DNA from: Pseudomonadota bacterium
GTDB taxonomy: Bacteria > Pseudomonadota > Gammaproteobacteria > Burkholderiales > Gallionellaceae
Direction: 5' to 3'
Length of the DNA: 64,000 bases
NCBI GenBank assembly: GCA_049320585.1
Contig: JBMOQB010000005.1
Location: 80,295 to 144,294 of the forward strand
Shown: piece by piece, positions 1-11,470 of the stretch
Numbering within the stretch: the first letter of the stretch is position 1
Layout: each line of letters starts with the position of its first letter
Translations under genes and position numbers: made by a program
The notes under the pieces: generated by a model
Told to the model about the DNA's origin: nothing
The model's input: only the letters and a program-made list of their open reading frames with translations
Databases searched by the model: none

Positions 1-980
1 GTTGCCGAGCCGCTGGGCAGGTTCTCGCAACTCGGAATCACGCCGACCACGTTGAGCTTCAAACCCATCTCGGCAACGGCCTGCATCGTGCCGAGCACGC
101 TGGCAGCGCCGCACATGTCATATTTCATTTCATCCATCTCTGCACCCGGCTTGAGCGAGATTCCGCCGGAATCAAAGGTGATGCCCTTACCGACCAGCAC
201 GATGGGCTTCTGTTTTTTGTCCGTGCCATAGTATTCCATCGTGATGAGTTTGGCCGGTTGCTCACTGCCGCGTGTGACCGAAAGGAAAGAACCCATGCCC
301 AGCTTACGCATGTCTTTTTCTTCCAGCACGGTGGTCTTGATGGATTTGTGCGCCTTCCCAAGCGCCTTAGCTTGCGAAGCGAGATAGGTCGGTGTACAGA
401 CGTTGCCGGGCAGGTTGCCAAGTGTCTTGGCGAGGTCCATCCCATGCGCGGTTGCGGTGGCATATTCGAGCACGGATTTCAAAGCCGCGGCGGGCTTGCC
501 TACTGTGGCCAAAGTGATGTTCTTCAGCGGCGGCGCCTTGGCAGGTTTGCTCTTCAGGCCGTCTGCGCGGAAAGCCTGTTCGGCGGCGACAAACACCGTT
601 TGCCTGATGATCCATGAAGCATCCTTGCCCAAGTCTTCATCGATCAGATACAGCGCGGCATCTTTTGCGGGTGTGTCATTCAATTTGCTGAAGATCGCGC
701 GCAAGATTTCAACGCTGGTCTTGTTATCCATTTCGCTTGCCTTGCCCAACCCAACCAGCAGCACGCGCTCTGCGGCAATGCCCGGAAGTTTGTGCAACAG
801 CAGCGTGGAAGCGGACTTGCCGTTCATGTCGCCGCGTGAGATAAGTTCGCTAAGCGCATGTTTGCTGGCCTTGTTCAGCAACTGCGCTGCAGCGGTCAGT
901 TTTCCGCCTTCATAGACGCCAACTACCAGGCAACCACTGCGCTGCCGCTCCGGAAGGCTTTGTTTTATGCTAAATTCCAC
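1..980 (-). CDS. pepA: Leucyl aminopeptidase PepA, N-terminal ~326 codons (3' end off window)
   Basis: The minus-strand frame is open to the window edge and is not in the ORF track. The reverse complement gives VEFSIKQSLPERQRSGCLVVGVYEGG at the start and MDEMKYDMCGAASVLGTMQAV in the same frame. AAGGAG lies 6 nt upstream of the GTG at 980. The gene is divergent from lptFG, as in E. coli. Confidence 0.85.
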   Translation of the reverse strand, partial: MEFSIKQSLPERQRSGCLVVGVYEGGKLTAAAQLLNKASKHALSELISRGDMNGKSASTLLLHKLPGIAAERVLLVGLGKASEMDNKTSVEILRAIFSKLNDTPAKDAALYLIDEDLGKDASWIIRQTVFVAAEQAFRADGLKSKPAKAPPLKNITLATVGKPAAALKSVLEYATATAHGMDLAKTLGNLPGNVCTPTYLASQAKALGKAHKSIKTTVLEEKDMRKLGMGSFLSVTRGSEQPAKLITMEYYGTDKKQKPIVLVGKGITFDSGGISLKPGAEMDEMKYDMCGAASVLGTMQAVAEMGLKLNVVGVIPSCENLPSGSA

Positions 981-1014
981 GTGTTGCTCCTTATCGAAAT
1001 AATCTCTTCCTAAG

Positions 1015-2229
1015 ATGCACGATTATCCGCAAACCAGACGTATAAAGTCAAAGCCGTTCCGAAAAAGCATTTTTCAGCGGGCTTTGGTGGGCGAGTTTGC
1101 CAGCAATGGATTGCTGGTGTTTGCAGTGTTGCTCGGCATAGTGGTAGTCAGCCAATTGATACGATTGTTGGGCGACGCGGTCAGCGGCAGAATCGCCGTG
1201 GATGGGGTGCTGGCACTGCTCGGCTTCAGCGCGATGAATTATCTGCCGGTATTGCTTTCCGTCAGTCTGTTCATCTCCATCTTGCTGACTTTGTCGCGGT
1301 GTTACAGGGACAGCGAGATGGTGGTGTGGTTCTGTTCCGGCATTGGCCTGACACGCTGGATAGGCCCGGTGCTAGGGTATGCCGTGCCGGTAGTGGCGGT
1401 GATTGCCCTGCTCAGCATGGTGTTGACTCCCTGGGCGTTGCTAAAGGCTGACCAGTTCAAGAATAAACTGGAAAGTCGCGATGACGTGACTGCCGCCACC
1501 CCGGGCATGTTCCGAGAATCCAGCCAGGCTGATCGGGTGTATTTCATAGAGAACGTGGATGCGGGTTCGAATCGCATCGGTAATGTTTTTGTCCAGTCGG
1601 AACAGAACGGCAAAATGGGAACGATGGTGGCACGGCAGGGTTTGCAGGAAACGCTGCCGAACGGGGATCGTTTTCTGGTATTGCTCAATGGTACGCGCTA
1701 TGAAGGGAAAACCGGACAGAGCGACTACAGCATAATAGAGTTCGAGCGCTATGCGATACGTATCGACAGCGTGCCAGTCAAGCAACCGCGCATTTGGGTG
1801 CGTACCATGTCTACGCCGGAATTGTGGCGCAATCCTACGCCATGGAATCATGCGGAGCTGGATTGGCGGTTGGGCTTGCCGATCAGCGCAGCGCTTCTTG
1901 CATTGATGGCTATCCCTTTAAGTTATGTCAATCCGCGAGCCGGTCGTTCGCTTAATCTGATTTTGGCGCTGGTTCTGTATATGCTCTACAACAACATGAT
2001 CAGTGTCACCAATTCCTGGGTTGGGCAGGAAAAATTGCCCCCGGCAATCGGACTGTGGGGGGTACATGCGGTGATGCTGGTGATTACCGTACTGATGTTT
2101 TATCGGCGCATGAATCTGCGTTCCATGCGCAGGATGCTGGTTAACAGACGCCCGCATCCGGATACTGACCCGCCTGCAGAGTCGGGATCGAATGCATCAT
2201 TTCCGCTGGACAAAAAAGAAACGAGGTGA
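1015..2229 (+). CDS. lptF: LPS export ABC permease LptF (YjgP family)
   Basis: 404-aa multi-TM ORF. It contains IFQRALVGEF, which matches the usual LptF N-terminus, so the true start may lie ~18 codons inside. It is paired with lptG and divergent from pepA. Confidence 0.8.
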   Translation: MHDYPQTRRIKSKPFRKSIFQRALVGEFASNGLLVFAVLLGIVVVSQLIRLLGDAVSGRIAVDGVLALLGFSAMNYLPVLLSVSLFISILLTLSRCYRDSEMVVWFCSGIGLTRWIGPVLGYAVPVVAVIALLSMVLTPWALLKADQFKNKLESRDDVTAATPGMFRESSQADRVYFIENVDAGSNRIGNVFVQSEQNGKMGTMVARQGLQETLPNGDRFLVLLNGTRYEGKTGQSDYSIIEFERYAIRIDSVPVKQPRIWVRTMSTPELWRNPTPWNHAELDWRLGLPISAALLALMAIPLSYVNPRAGRSLNLILALVLYMLYNNMISVTNSWVGQEKLPPAIGLWGVHAVMLVITVLMFYRRMNLRSMRRMLVNRRPHPDTDPPAESGSNASFPLDKKETR

Positions 2230-3310
2230 GGCCATTAATCTGCTGACGCGCTATCTGGGTCGCGAAATATATGTCAGTGTTGCGCTGGTGTTTGCCGCAT
2301 TGTTGATGTTGTTTGCGTTCCTGGACTTTATCCGCGAACTGAGCTCAATCGGAGAAGGGCAATATCACCTGGGCTATGTGTTGCTGTTCGTGCTGCTGAC
2401 TATACCAGGTCACATTTATGAACTGTTTCCGGTCGTGGTGCTGGTGGGGACCATTTTTGCGCTGGTGCAGATGGCCGCTAATTCGGAGATGACAGTTTAC
2501 CGGGCCTCAGGTGCATCGCTTGGTCAAATGATCGGAGCACTGTTAAAAATTGCCTTGCCTTTGGTGGTATTGAGTTTCGTTTGTGGAGAATTGCTCGCGC
2601 CGCCAAGCGAGCGTATGGCGCAGAAATTGAGGTTGAAGGCGCAGAATGCCCAGGTTTCCCTGAAAGAATTCCGCTCCGGAGTGTGGGTCAAGGATGAGCA
2701 CAGCTTCGTGAATGTGAAGAACGTGATGCCGGACACCAGCCTGTCGAATATCGACATCTACCGATTCGATGAAACCTACCATCTGCGCGAGATTATCAAT
2801 GCCAAGCGGGCAAGTTTTGTCGAGCAAGGGGTCTGGAAACTCGATGAGGTGCTTGAGACCAGTTTTGGCGAAGCGAGTGTGACTGTTGCCAACCGGCCCA
2901 GTCAGGAATGGCGTTCGGCATTGAACCCGGAAATTTTCAGCGTGTTGCTGGTCGTGCCTGAACAGATGTCGTTATGGCATCTATACCAATATACCGGACA
3001 TTTGCGTGACAACCGCCAAAAGAGCGGGCGCTATGAAATTGCAATGTGGAACAAGCTGGTTTATCCGCTTGCGATCATGGTGATGATGATACTGGCGCTG
3101 CCGTTCGCGAGCTACCACCGGCGTGCAGGGGGGGTAAGCGCGATAGTGTTCATGGGCATCGTACTTGGCTTGTCATTTCATTTTTTCGGGCGACTGGTAG
3201 GCAGCCTGGGAGCGCTCAACGACTGGCAGCCATTTGTCAGTGCAGCGGCGATGACAGGGGTATTCATGTGGTTAGGATTGACGATGCTGTGGTTGACGGA
3301 GCGACGCTAA
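2192..3310 (+). CDS. lptG: LPS export ABC permease LptG (YjgQ family)
   Basis: 372-aa multi-TM ORF. The NLLTRYLGREI motif is typical of the LptG N-terminus. The start is uncertain: ATG 2192 overlaps lptF by 38 nt. Confidence 0.8.
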   Translation: MHHFRWTKKKRGEAINLLTRYLGREIYVSVALVFAALLMLFAFLDFIRELSSIGEGQYHLGYVLLFVLLTIPGHIYELFPVVVLVGTIFALVQMAANSEMTVYRASGASLGQMIGALLKIALPLVVLSFVCGELLAPPSERMAQKLRLKAQNAQVSLKEFRSGVWVKDEHSFVNVKNVMPDTSLSNIDIYRFDETYHLREIINAKRASFVEQGVWKLDEVLETSFGEASVTVANRPSQEWRSALNPEIFSVLLVVPEQMSLWHLYQYTGHLRDNRQKSGRYEIAMWNKLVYPLAIMVMMILALPFASYHRRAGGVSAIVFMGIVLGLSFHFFGRLVGSLGALNDWQPFVSAAAMTGVFMWLGLTMLWLTERR

Positions 3311-3360
3311 TTCAGAAAGGTCGAAAATGTAGCGCGCAATAATTAAGTTGGGTGATCGCT

Positions 3361-3780
3361 TTATTGCTTGGCAGTATCGGAAGCCGCATTATCAGTTTGT
3401 TGGACCTTTTGCTGCTGTTCTTGTTTGATCATCTGCTTTACCTCCTCGCGCTTTTCCGCAGGCACTTTTTTGAAGGCCTGATACTTTTCCCGTGCAGCCT
3501 CGCGTTGTTCGGGGGTAAGTTTGCTCCAAACCGTCAAGCGCTCCTGAAAGCGCTGTTTTTGTTCTTGTGATAGTCGTGAATAACGTTTGGCGGTTTTGAG
3601 CAGGCGGTGTTGCTGGGTCTCTGACAGGCTGTCCCACTGTTGTGCCAACGGGGCGAGCGCTTCCTGTTGCGATTTGGAAAGAGATTGCCAAGACTCTGGT
3701 GCAGCGCTAACCGGTGTGCTGATCAGCAACAGCAGCAAAAATAAACCTCTTAAGAGTGGTCTCGTAAACACAATAATCAT
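3361..3780 (-). CDS. Secreted DUF3106-like repeat protein, third gene of the ECF sigma module
   Basis: Signal peptide LLLLISTPVSAAP. About five repeats of an LSxxQQxxL...W-type helical unit follow (WQSLSKSQQEAL, WDSLSETQQHRL, SRLSQEQKQRF, SKLTPEQREAA, VPAEKREEV). Confidence 0.6.
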   Translation of the reverse strand: MIIVFTRPLLRGLFLLLLLISTPVSAAPESWQSLSKSQQEALAPLAQQWDSLSETQQHRLLKTAKRYSRLSQEQKQRFQERLTVWSKLTPEQREAAREKYQAFKKVPAEKREEVKQMIKQEQQQKVQQTDNAASDTAKQ

Positions 3781-3804
3781 CCTATAAGGATAAAAAGTTA
3801 TGGA

Positions 3805-4137
3805 TCAATCGACAAAAACTTCTATCGGCAATTCGTCGGTAAGGATGGCGACATCAAGCTCGCTTATCTGCTGCTCCTGGGCGTGCTGCCAATAGCCGGC
3901 CGCGAACATCAGAATAGCCACAAGTAACCCGGTGACCAGCCATTGCTGCCCCGAGCGGGGCACCAGCTGATGTGACCAGCGACCTGTGCTAAGCGCGACT
4001 GCAGGCGCACGAACCCTGTGCCTTTTGAGTGCGTTCTGGCGCGCGTCAGCCAGTGCGGACAACGTGCTTGTATCCAGTTGCCGTGAGCTTTGTGTCAGCA
4101 ATTGTGCGACCTTCCCCGGATCCAATTTGGCGGTCAT
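3805..4137 (-). CDS. DUF3619-like single-pass membrane protein (possible anti-sigma partner)
   Basis: 110 aa with one TM segment (WLVTGLLVAILMFAAGYW). It overlaps the sigma gene stop by 4 nt (4134..4137), which suggests translational coupling. Confidence 0.55.
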   Translation of the reverse strand: MTAKLDPGKVAQLLTQSSRQLDTSTLSALADARQNALKRHRVRAPAVALSTGRWSHQLVPRSGQQWLVTGLLVAILMFAAGYWQHAQEQQISELDVAILTDELPIEVFVD

Positions 4138-4703
4138 GGTAGTTCGACTCCTTTCGTTTTAAGAGCGGCGGCGAGTGCATGGGTCGCCCGTGAACAGTGG
4201 GTTTTTACACTTCCCTCGGTGCAGCCCATCGCTGCGGCTGTTTCAATAGTATCCAGTCCTTCCCAATAACGCAGCAGGAATGCTTCACGTTGACGAGCCG
4301 GAAGTTCGCTCAGTGCCTTTTCAATCAATGCAATGAGTTGCTGCTGCTGCAGGGAGGCGTCCGGCGCGGCAGGGGCTGACTGGTTTTCGCTGTCCTCAAG
4401 AATATCCAGCGGATCGAATTCTTCTTCCTCATGCTTCGATTGCATGCCGGAAAACAGGGTAACCCAGGCGTTTCGGACCTTTTGCCTGCGGTAATGATCG
4501 CGGATGGTGTTTTGCAGTATGCGCTGGAATAACAGCGGCAGTTCTTCGGCCGGCTTATCGCCGTATTTTTCCGCGAGCTTGAGCATCGCATCCTGAACGA
4601 TGTCCAACGCAACCTGGGCATCGCGCACAGCAAAGACTGCATGCTTGTATGCCCTGCGTTCGACACTGCTGAGGAATTGGCTTAATTCGGCGGAAGTACT
4701 CAG
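4134..4703 (-). CDS. ECF-type RNA polymerase sigma-70 family factor (start probably CTG 4703; conservative GTG 4628)
   Basis: Region 2 and region 4 motifs are present (DIVQDAMLKLAEKY, LPARQREAFLLRYWEGL, TIETAAAMGCTEGSVKTHCSRA). Coding-like sequence AELSQFLSSVERRAYKHAVFAV continues upstream of GTG 4628 with no ATG, GTG or TTG. GAGGTG lies 5-6 nt upstream of CTG 4703. Confidence 0.75.
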   Translation of the reverse strand: MSTSAELSQFLSSVERRAYKHAVFAVRDAQVALDIVQDAMLKLAEKYGDKPAEELPLLFQRILQNTIRDHYRRQKVRNAWVTLFSGMQSKHEEEEFDPLDILEDSENQSAPAAPDASLQQQQLIALIEKALSELPARQREAFLLRYWEGLDTIETAAAMGCTEGSVKTHCSRATHALAAALKTKGVELP

Positions 4704-4861
4704 TTTTTCACCTCATGCATGTGTGAGCATGTTAGCAAATTGTCATTGTTGTCGCTTGAAACCATACCGATAGCACGACATAGGTTGACCAAAGCGCCGC
4801 TAACCATTATCTTACACGGTCTTTTTTGGCTTAAATCCAAGGTGTTCGTAATGGGGTATTC

Positions 4862-6573
4862 GTGATGGAGTTGACCGGCGCGGAAATCGCGATCCGCTGT
4901 TTGCAGGAAGAAGGTGTTGAATACATATTCGGCTACCCGGGCGGCGCGGTACTGCATATATATGACTCACTGTTTCAGCAGGACAAGGTCAAGCATATAT
5001 TAGTTCGCCATGAGCAGGCGGCGGTACATGCTGCCGATGGCTATGCGCGTTCTTCGGAGAAAGTGGGCGTGGCCTTGGTCACTTCCGGCCCGGGGATCAC
5101 CAATGCGGTTACGGGCATAGCCACTGCATACATGGACTCCATCCCATTGGTTATCATCAGCGGTCAGGTTCCCAGTTATGCCATCGGAGAAGACGCATTT
5201 CAGGAGGTCGACGCGGTAGGCATTACCCGGCCCTGCGTAAAACACAATTTTTTGATCAAGGACGTGAAGGATATTGCCCCGACCATCAAGAAGGCATTCT
5301 ATCTGGCCAAGACAGGACGCCCTGGCCCGGTGCTGGTTGATATTCCGAAAGACATATCCAATCACAAGACCGAATTTTCTTATCCGAACAGCGTAACTAT
5401 CCGCTCCTACAATCCGGTCGGCAAGGGTGATCCTGAGCAGGTCAAGCGCGCAGCACAATTATTGCTGGGAGCCAAACGTCCGGTGATATACAGCGGCGGC
5501 GGTGTAGTACTGTCTGGCGGATCGCCACAGTTGACCGATCTGGTGCGCCTGCTCGGTTTTCCCTGCACCAATACCCTGATGGGTTTGGGCGGTTATCCGG
5601 CCACCGATAAACAGTTCCTCGGGATGCCGGGGATGCATGGTACCTATGAGGCGTGCATGGCAATGCAACATTGTGATGTGTTGATCGCAGTCGGTGCGCG
5701 CTTTGACGACCGCGTGGTCGGCAACGTCGAACATTTCGCCCAGGTTCCGCGCAAGATCATTCATCTCGATATCGATCCATCCTCCATCGCCAAACGGGTC
5801 AAGGTGGACGTGCCGGTGGTCGGCGATCTGAAACTGGTGCTGGATCAATTGCTGGGAGAATTGCGCAACAGCAAGCGCAAGCCTGATGCGAAAGATCTGG
5901 CTGCATGGTGGAAGCAGATAGATGAATGGCGCGTCAAGGGCGGAGGGCTGCGCTATAAAAATTCCAGCGAAATCATCAAGCCTCAATTCGTGATCGAGAA
6001 GCTCTACGAGATCACCAGAGGGGATGCGTTCGTCACTTCGGATGTCGGCCAGCATCAAATGTGGGCAGCGCAGTATTACAAGTTCAACAAGCCGCGCCGC
6101 TGGATCAACTCTGGCGGCCTCGGCACGATGGGATTTGGTTTGCCTGCCGCAATGGGCGTGCAACTGATCAATCCGGGTGCAACAGTGGCATGTGTCACCG
6201 GCGAGGGCAGCATACAGATGAACATACAGGAGCTATCCACCTGCAAGCAGTTCCATTTGCCGATCAAGCTGGTGTCGCTCAACAACCGTTATCTGGGCAT
6301 GGTGCGGCAATGGCAGGAATTCTTCCACGGTAACCGCTATTCGGAATCCTACATGGATGCCTTGCCGGATTTCGTGAAACTGGCCGAGGCATACGGGCAT
6401 ATCGGAGTGCGCATTGACAAGCCTTCCGATGTCGAACCGGCATTGAAAGAGGCCTTTTCACGGAAAAGCGATCTGGTGTTCATGGACTTCCAGACCGACC
6501 CGACGGAAAACGTGTTTCCGATGGTGCCGGGTGGCAAGGGCCTGTCGGAAGTGATTTTGTCGGAGGATCTGTA

Positions 6574-6574
<1 letters not shown>
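4862..6574 (+). CDS. ilvI: Acetolactate synthase large subunit
   Basis: 570 aa with a ThDP-enzyme N-terminus (GYPGGAVLHIYD) and ThDP motif GGLGTMGFGLPAAMG. The stop overlaps the ilvH start (TAATG). Confidence 0.95.
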
Positions 6575-8101
<1,527 letters not shown>

Positions 8102-8188
8102 TGAGAGGTGAAAAGTGGAAGGTGAAATGTTATTGCGTTTCATCTTTCATCGATTTTTCATTTCACATTTTGCGTTTCACCTTCCACT

Positions 8189-8830
8189 ATGAATCAATAT
8201 CCCCACCCGATCATTGCCCGCGAGGGCTGGCCGTTTCTGGCCGCTACGATAATTCTTTCGGCTGCTGCCACGTTTTGGTGCGCTGCATGGTCCATCCCTC
8301 TGTGGATCATCACCGTGTTCGTGTTGCAATTCTTCCGCGATCCTCCGCGAGAAATTCCCTTGGGAGCAGGTGCGGTGCTGTCGCCGGCGGACGGACGCAT
8401 CGTCGCGGTGGAGCGCGTCAACGATCCCTACGTGCAGCGCGAGGCGATCAAGGTCAGCGTGTTCATGAACGTGTTCAACGTGCATTCCAACCGCAGCCCG
8501 GTGGACGGCACGGTGCAGCAGGTCTGGTATTACCCGGGCAAGTTCGTGAATGCCGATTTGGACAAGGCCTCGACCGAAAACGAGCGTAACGCGGTATGGC
8601 TCAAAACAGCCAACGGTACCGACATAACCTCGGTGCAAGTGGCTGGCCTTATCGCGCGGCGTATCCTTTGCTACGTCAAGGCGGGTGATGTACTGACGCG
8701 CGGACAACGCTATGGCTTTATCCGCTTCGGTTCGCGCGTGGATGTATATGTTCCGTTGAGTGCCAATGTCAAGGTCAGCATTGGCGACAAGGTGTCGGCA
8801 ACTACAACCATCTTGGCAGTGCTTGCGTAA
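8189..8830 (+). CDS. psd: Phosphatidylserine decarboxylase proenzyme (short form)
   Basis: 213 aa with the LSPADGRI motif and an FGSRVD self-cleavage-type motif. It is adjacent to pssA. Confidence 0.85.
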   Translation: MNQYPHPIIAREGWPFLAATIILSAAATFWCAAWSIPLWIITVFVLQFFRDPPREIPLGAGAVLSPADGRIVAVERVNDPYVQREAIKVSVFMNVFNVHSNRSPVDGTVQQVWYYPGKFVNADLDKASTENERNAVWLKTANGTDITSVQVAGLIARRILCYVKAGDVLTRGQRYGFIRFGSRVDVYVPLSANVKVSIGDKVSATTTILAVLA

Positions 8831-8848
8831 AACGGTTATTCTTGCCGC

Positions 8849-9598
8849 ATGGACGAATTCAATACTCGCAAACCGATGAATCTGCGCCGGCGCGGCATTT
8901 ATTTGTTGCCCAACCTGTTCACGACTGGCGCGTTGTTCGCGGGCTTCTATGCCATTGTGCAGGCGATGAACAGCCGTTTCGAATTTGCCGCCGTGGCGAT
9001 TTTTATTGCCATGGTGCTGGACGGGCTGGACGGGCGCGTGGCCAGGCTGACGCATACCCAAAGCGAATTCGGCGCCGAATACGACAGTCTTTCTGATATG
9101 GTTTCGTTTGGTGTTGCGCCTTCTCTGGTGGTTTACGAATGGGCATTAAAAGGGCTGGGGAAATGGGGCTGGTTTGCGGCTTTTATCTATTGTGCAGCCA
9201 CCGCGTTGCGTCTGGCGCGCTTCAATACCAATATCGACGTGGTGGACAAACGTTTTTTCCAGGGTTTGCCCAGTCCGGCCGCGGCGGCGCTGATAGCCGG
9301 ATTTGTCTGGGTGATGCACGACTACGAAATCAGCGGCGAATCAGTGCATTGGTATGCGGCAGCACTAGCCGTATTTGCCGGATTGAGCATGGTCAGCAAT
9401 CTGCCTTTCTACAGCTTCAAAGACCTGAACATGCGTAAGAGTGTGCCGTTCGTGGCGATTTTTCTGGCTGCATTGTTCTTGATTTTTATTTCCAGCTACC
9501 CGCCCGGGGTGTTGTTCGGCCTGTTCATGTGCTATGCGCTATCAGGCTATGTAATGTGGGTGTGGCGGAAACGCCACAAGCAGCCACCCATTGCGTGA
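8849..9598 (+). CDS. pssA: CDP-diacylglycerol--serine O-phosphatidyltransferase
   Basis: 249 aa and multi-TM. It carries the CDP-alcohol phosphatidyltransferase motif DGLDGRVARLTHTQSEFGAEYDSLSDMVSFG. Confidence 0.9.
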   Translation: MDEFNTRKPMNLRRRGIYLLPNLFTTGALFAGFYAIVQAMNSRFEFAAVAIFIAMVLDGLDGRVARLTHTQSEFGAEYDSLSDMVSFGVAPSLVVYEWALKGLGKWGWFAAFIYCAATALRLARFNTNIDVVDKRFFQGLPSPAAAALIAGFVWVMHDYEISGESVHWYAAALAVFAGLSMVSNLPFYSFKDLNMRKSVPFVAIFLAALFLIFISSYPPGVLFGLFMCYALSGYVMWVWRKRHKQPPIA

Positions 9599-9625
9599 GA
9601 CGTTAAAACTGGTTATATTGCATTC

Positions 9626-9706
9626 ATGCATTTTTCTACCCACATCGCAATACTCCATTCTACGTTCAGCCTGCTGGCTGCGCTGCTTCTGCGCGGCGCG
9701 CGCTAA
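9626..9706 (+). promoter_or_regulatory. Candidate Leu-rich leader peptide ORF upstream of leuA (26 codons plus stop)
   Basis: ATG 9626 to TAA 9704-9706 encodes MHFSTHIAILHSTFSLLAALLLRGAR. Five of its six Leu codons fall in the 7-codon window LLAALLL. GC-rich self-complementary segments overlap and follow the stop. It lies 78 nt upstream of the leuA ATG. Confidence 0.45.
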
Positions 9707-9784
9707 CCCATACCTAACAGTTTGAAATAAGCGCGGTCACCGTAGCGGTTCCGCAGGTTAGATCTATTTGCAGTGGAGATAAGC

Positions 9785-11320
9785 ATGACAGGAAAATTGA
9801 TAATTTTTGACACGACCTTGCGTGATGGCGAGCAAAGTCCCGGTGCGGCCATGACCATGGACAAGAAGATCCGTATCGCCCGTCAATTGGAAAAGCTGGG
9901 TGTGGACATCATCGAGGCCGGCTTCGCCGCAGCCAGTCCGGGCGATTTCGAGGCGGTGCGAGCCGTGGCCGAATCCGTCAAGGATTCCACGGTGTGTTCG
10001 CTGGCGCGGGCGATAGAGAATGACATTCGCCGTGCCGGCGAAGCCATCCGGCCAGCCAGTTCCGGGCGCATCCATACCTTTATTGCCACCAGCCCCATCC
10101 ACATGCAGCACAAGTTGCGCATGACACCCGATCAGGTAGTCGAGCATGCAGTCAGGGCGGTGAAGTGGGCATTGGAATACACCGACGATGTGGAATTTTC
10201 CGCCGAGGATGCGGTACGCTCCGACCTGGATTTTCTGGTGCGCGTATTCGATGCGGCGATCAAGGCCGGTGCCAAAACGTTGAATGTTCCGGACACGGTG
10301 GGTTACTCCATTCCGGGATTGTGGGGCGAGCGCATCAAGCAATTGATAAAGCGCGTGCCCCATTCCGACACCGTGGTCTGGTCCACCCATTGCCACAACG
10401 ATCTGGGTTTGGCGGTGGCCAACTCGTTGGCTGCGGTGATGAATGGCGTGCGCCAGGTTGAATGCACTATCAACGGGCTGGGTGAGCGTGCCGGGAATGC
10501 ATCATTGGAGGAGATCGTAATGGCGGTGAGAACCCGCCGCGATGTTTTCAACCTGGATACACGCATCGACACGAGACAAATCGTACCCACCTCAAAGCTG
10601 GTTTCCAGCATAACTGGTTATCCGGTGCAGCCGAACAAGGCGATCGTCGGAGCGAACGCGTTCGCCCACGAATCCGGCATTCATCAGGACGGCGTTATCA
10701 AGCACAGGGAGACATACGAGATCATGCGTGCCGAGGATGTGGGCTGGAATGCCAACAAGTTGTCTCTGGGCAAGCTTTCCGGCCGCAATGCATTGCGCCA
10801 ACGCTTTGCAGCATTGAACATCGAGTTTGCTTCTGAAGAACTCTTCAATGCGGCGTTCGAGCGTTTCAAGGAATTGGCTGATCGCAAGCACGAGATTTTC
10901 GATGAGGATTTGCAGGCGCTGGTCAGCTATGAGGCGGTGGCTCAGGTAAGCGAGCATTATCGCCTGGTGGCAATGGGCGCGCATTCAGAGACCGGTGTGT
11001 TGCCGGTGGCGCGTGTAGTGATGAGCATGGATGGTGTCGAGCACCAGGCTGATGCGCAGGGTGGCGGACCCGTGGATGCGACTTTCAAGGCAATCGAGAA
11101 GATCGTCAGGAGTGGCACCAAGTTGCAACTGTATTCGGTCAATAACATCACCAGCGGAACCGATGCCCAGGGCGAGGTGACGGTGCGGCTGTCCAAGGAT
11201 GGTCGTATCGTGAACGGGCAGGGTGCGGATACAGACATCGTGGTGGCCTCTGCCAAGGCTTACCTGAATGCGCTGAACAAGCTGCACGGCAAGCAGGAGC
11301 GGGCCCATCCGCAGGTGTGA
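9785..11320 (+). CDS. leuA: 2-isopropylmalate synthase
   Basis: Motifs LRDGEQSPG and [14 protein letters not shown] are present, with a C-terminal regulatory domain. ATG 9785 has GGAG 7 nt upstream; the track start at 9773 is 4 codons earlier. Confidence 0.95.
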   Translation: MTGKLIIFDTTLRDGEQSPGAAMTMDKKIRIARQLEKLGVDIIEAGFAAASPGDFEAVRAVAESVKDSTVCSLARAIENDIRRAGEAIRPASSGRIHTFIATSPIHMQHKLRMTPDQVVEHAVRAVKWALEYTDDVEFSAEDAVRSDLDFLVRVFDAAIKAGAKTLNVPDTVGYSIPGLWGERIKQLIKRVPHSDTVVWSTHCHNDLGLAVANSLAAVMNGVRQVECTINGLGERAGNASLEEIVMAVRTRRDVFNLDTRIDTRQIVPTSKLVSSITGYPVQPNKAIVGANAFAHESGIHQDGVIKHRETYEIMRAEDVGWNANKLSLGKLSGRNALRQRFAALNIEFASEELFNAAFERFKELADRKHEIFDEDLQALVSYEAVAQVSEHYRLVAMGAHSETGVLPVARVVMSMDGVEHQADAQGGGPVDATFKAIEKIVRSGTKLQLYSVNNITSGTDAQGEVTVRLSKDGRIVNGQGADTDIVVASAKAYLNALNKLHGKQERAHPQV

Positions 11321-11470
11321 GCCGGATGCCATTGTTTGGCCGCTTGACTCACCCGGGTGTGCCGTTCGTCGGTTGGTCGGTGGACACTACAACTACTGTA
11401 AGCTAAGCTGATTTTGGTTCATCTATAGTTACGTTTGAAATGATCTGAAAACCACAGAAAGGCTATCGTC

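Noticed and set aside
403-915. Plus-strand ORFs (258..617, 403..915) at the left edge of the window.
   Set aside because: The minus strand here encodes an unmistakable PepA N-terminal half that is open to the window edge. The plus-strand ORFs are antisense artefacts.
4729-4773. Small ORF (MLANCHCCRLKPYR) upstream of ilvI, considered as a branched-chain amino-acid leader peptide.
   Set aside because: It has no run of Ile, Leu or Val codons, and no terminator-like structure follows it.
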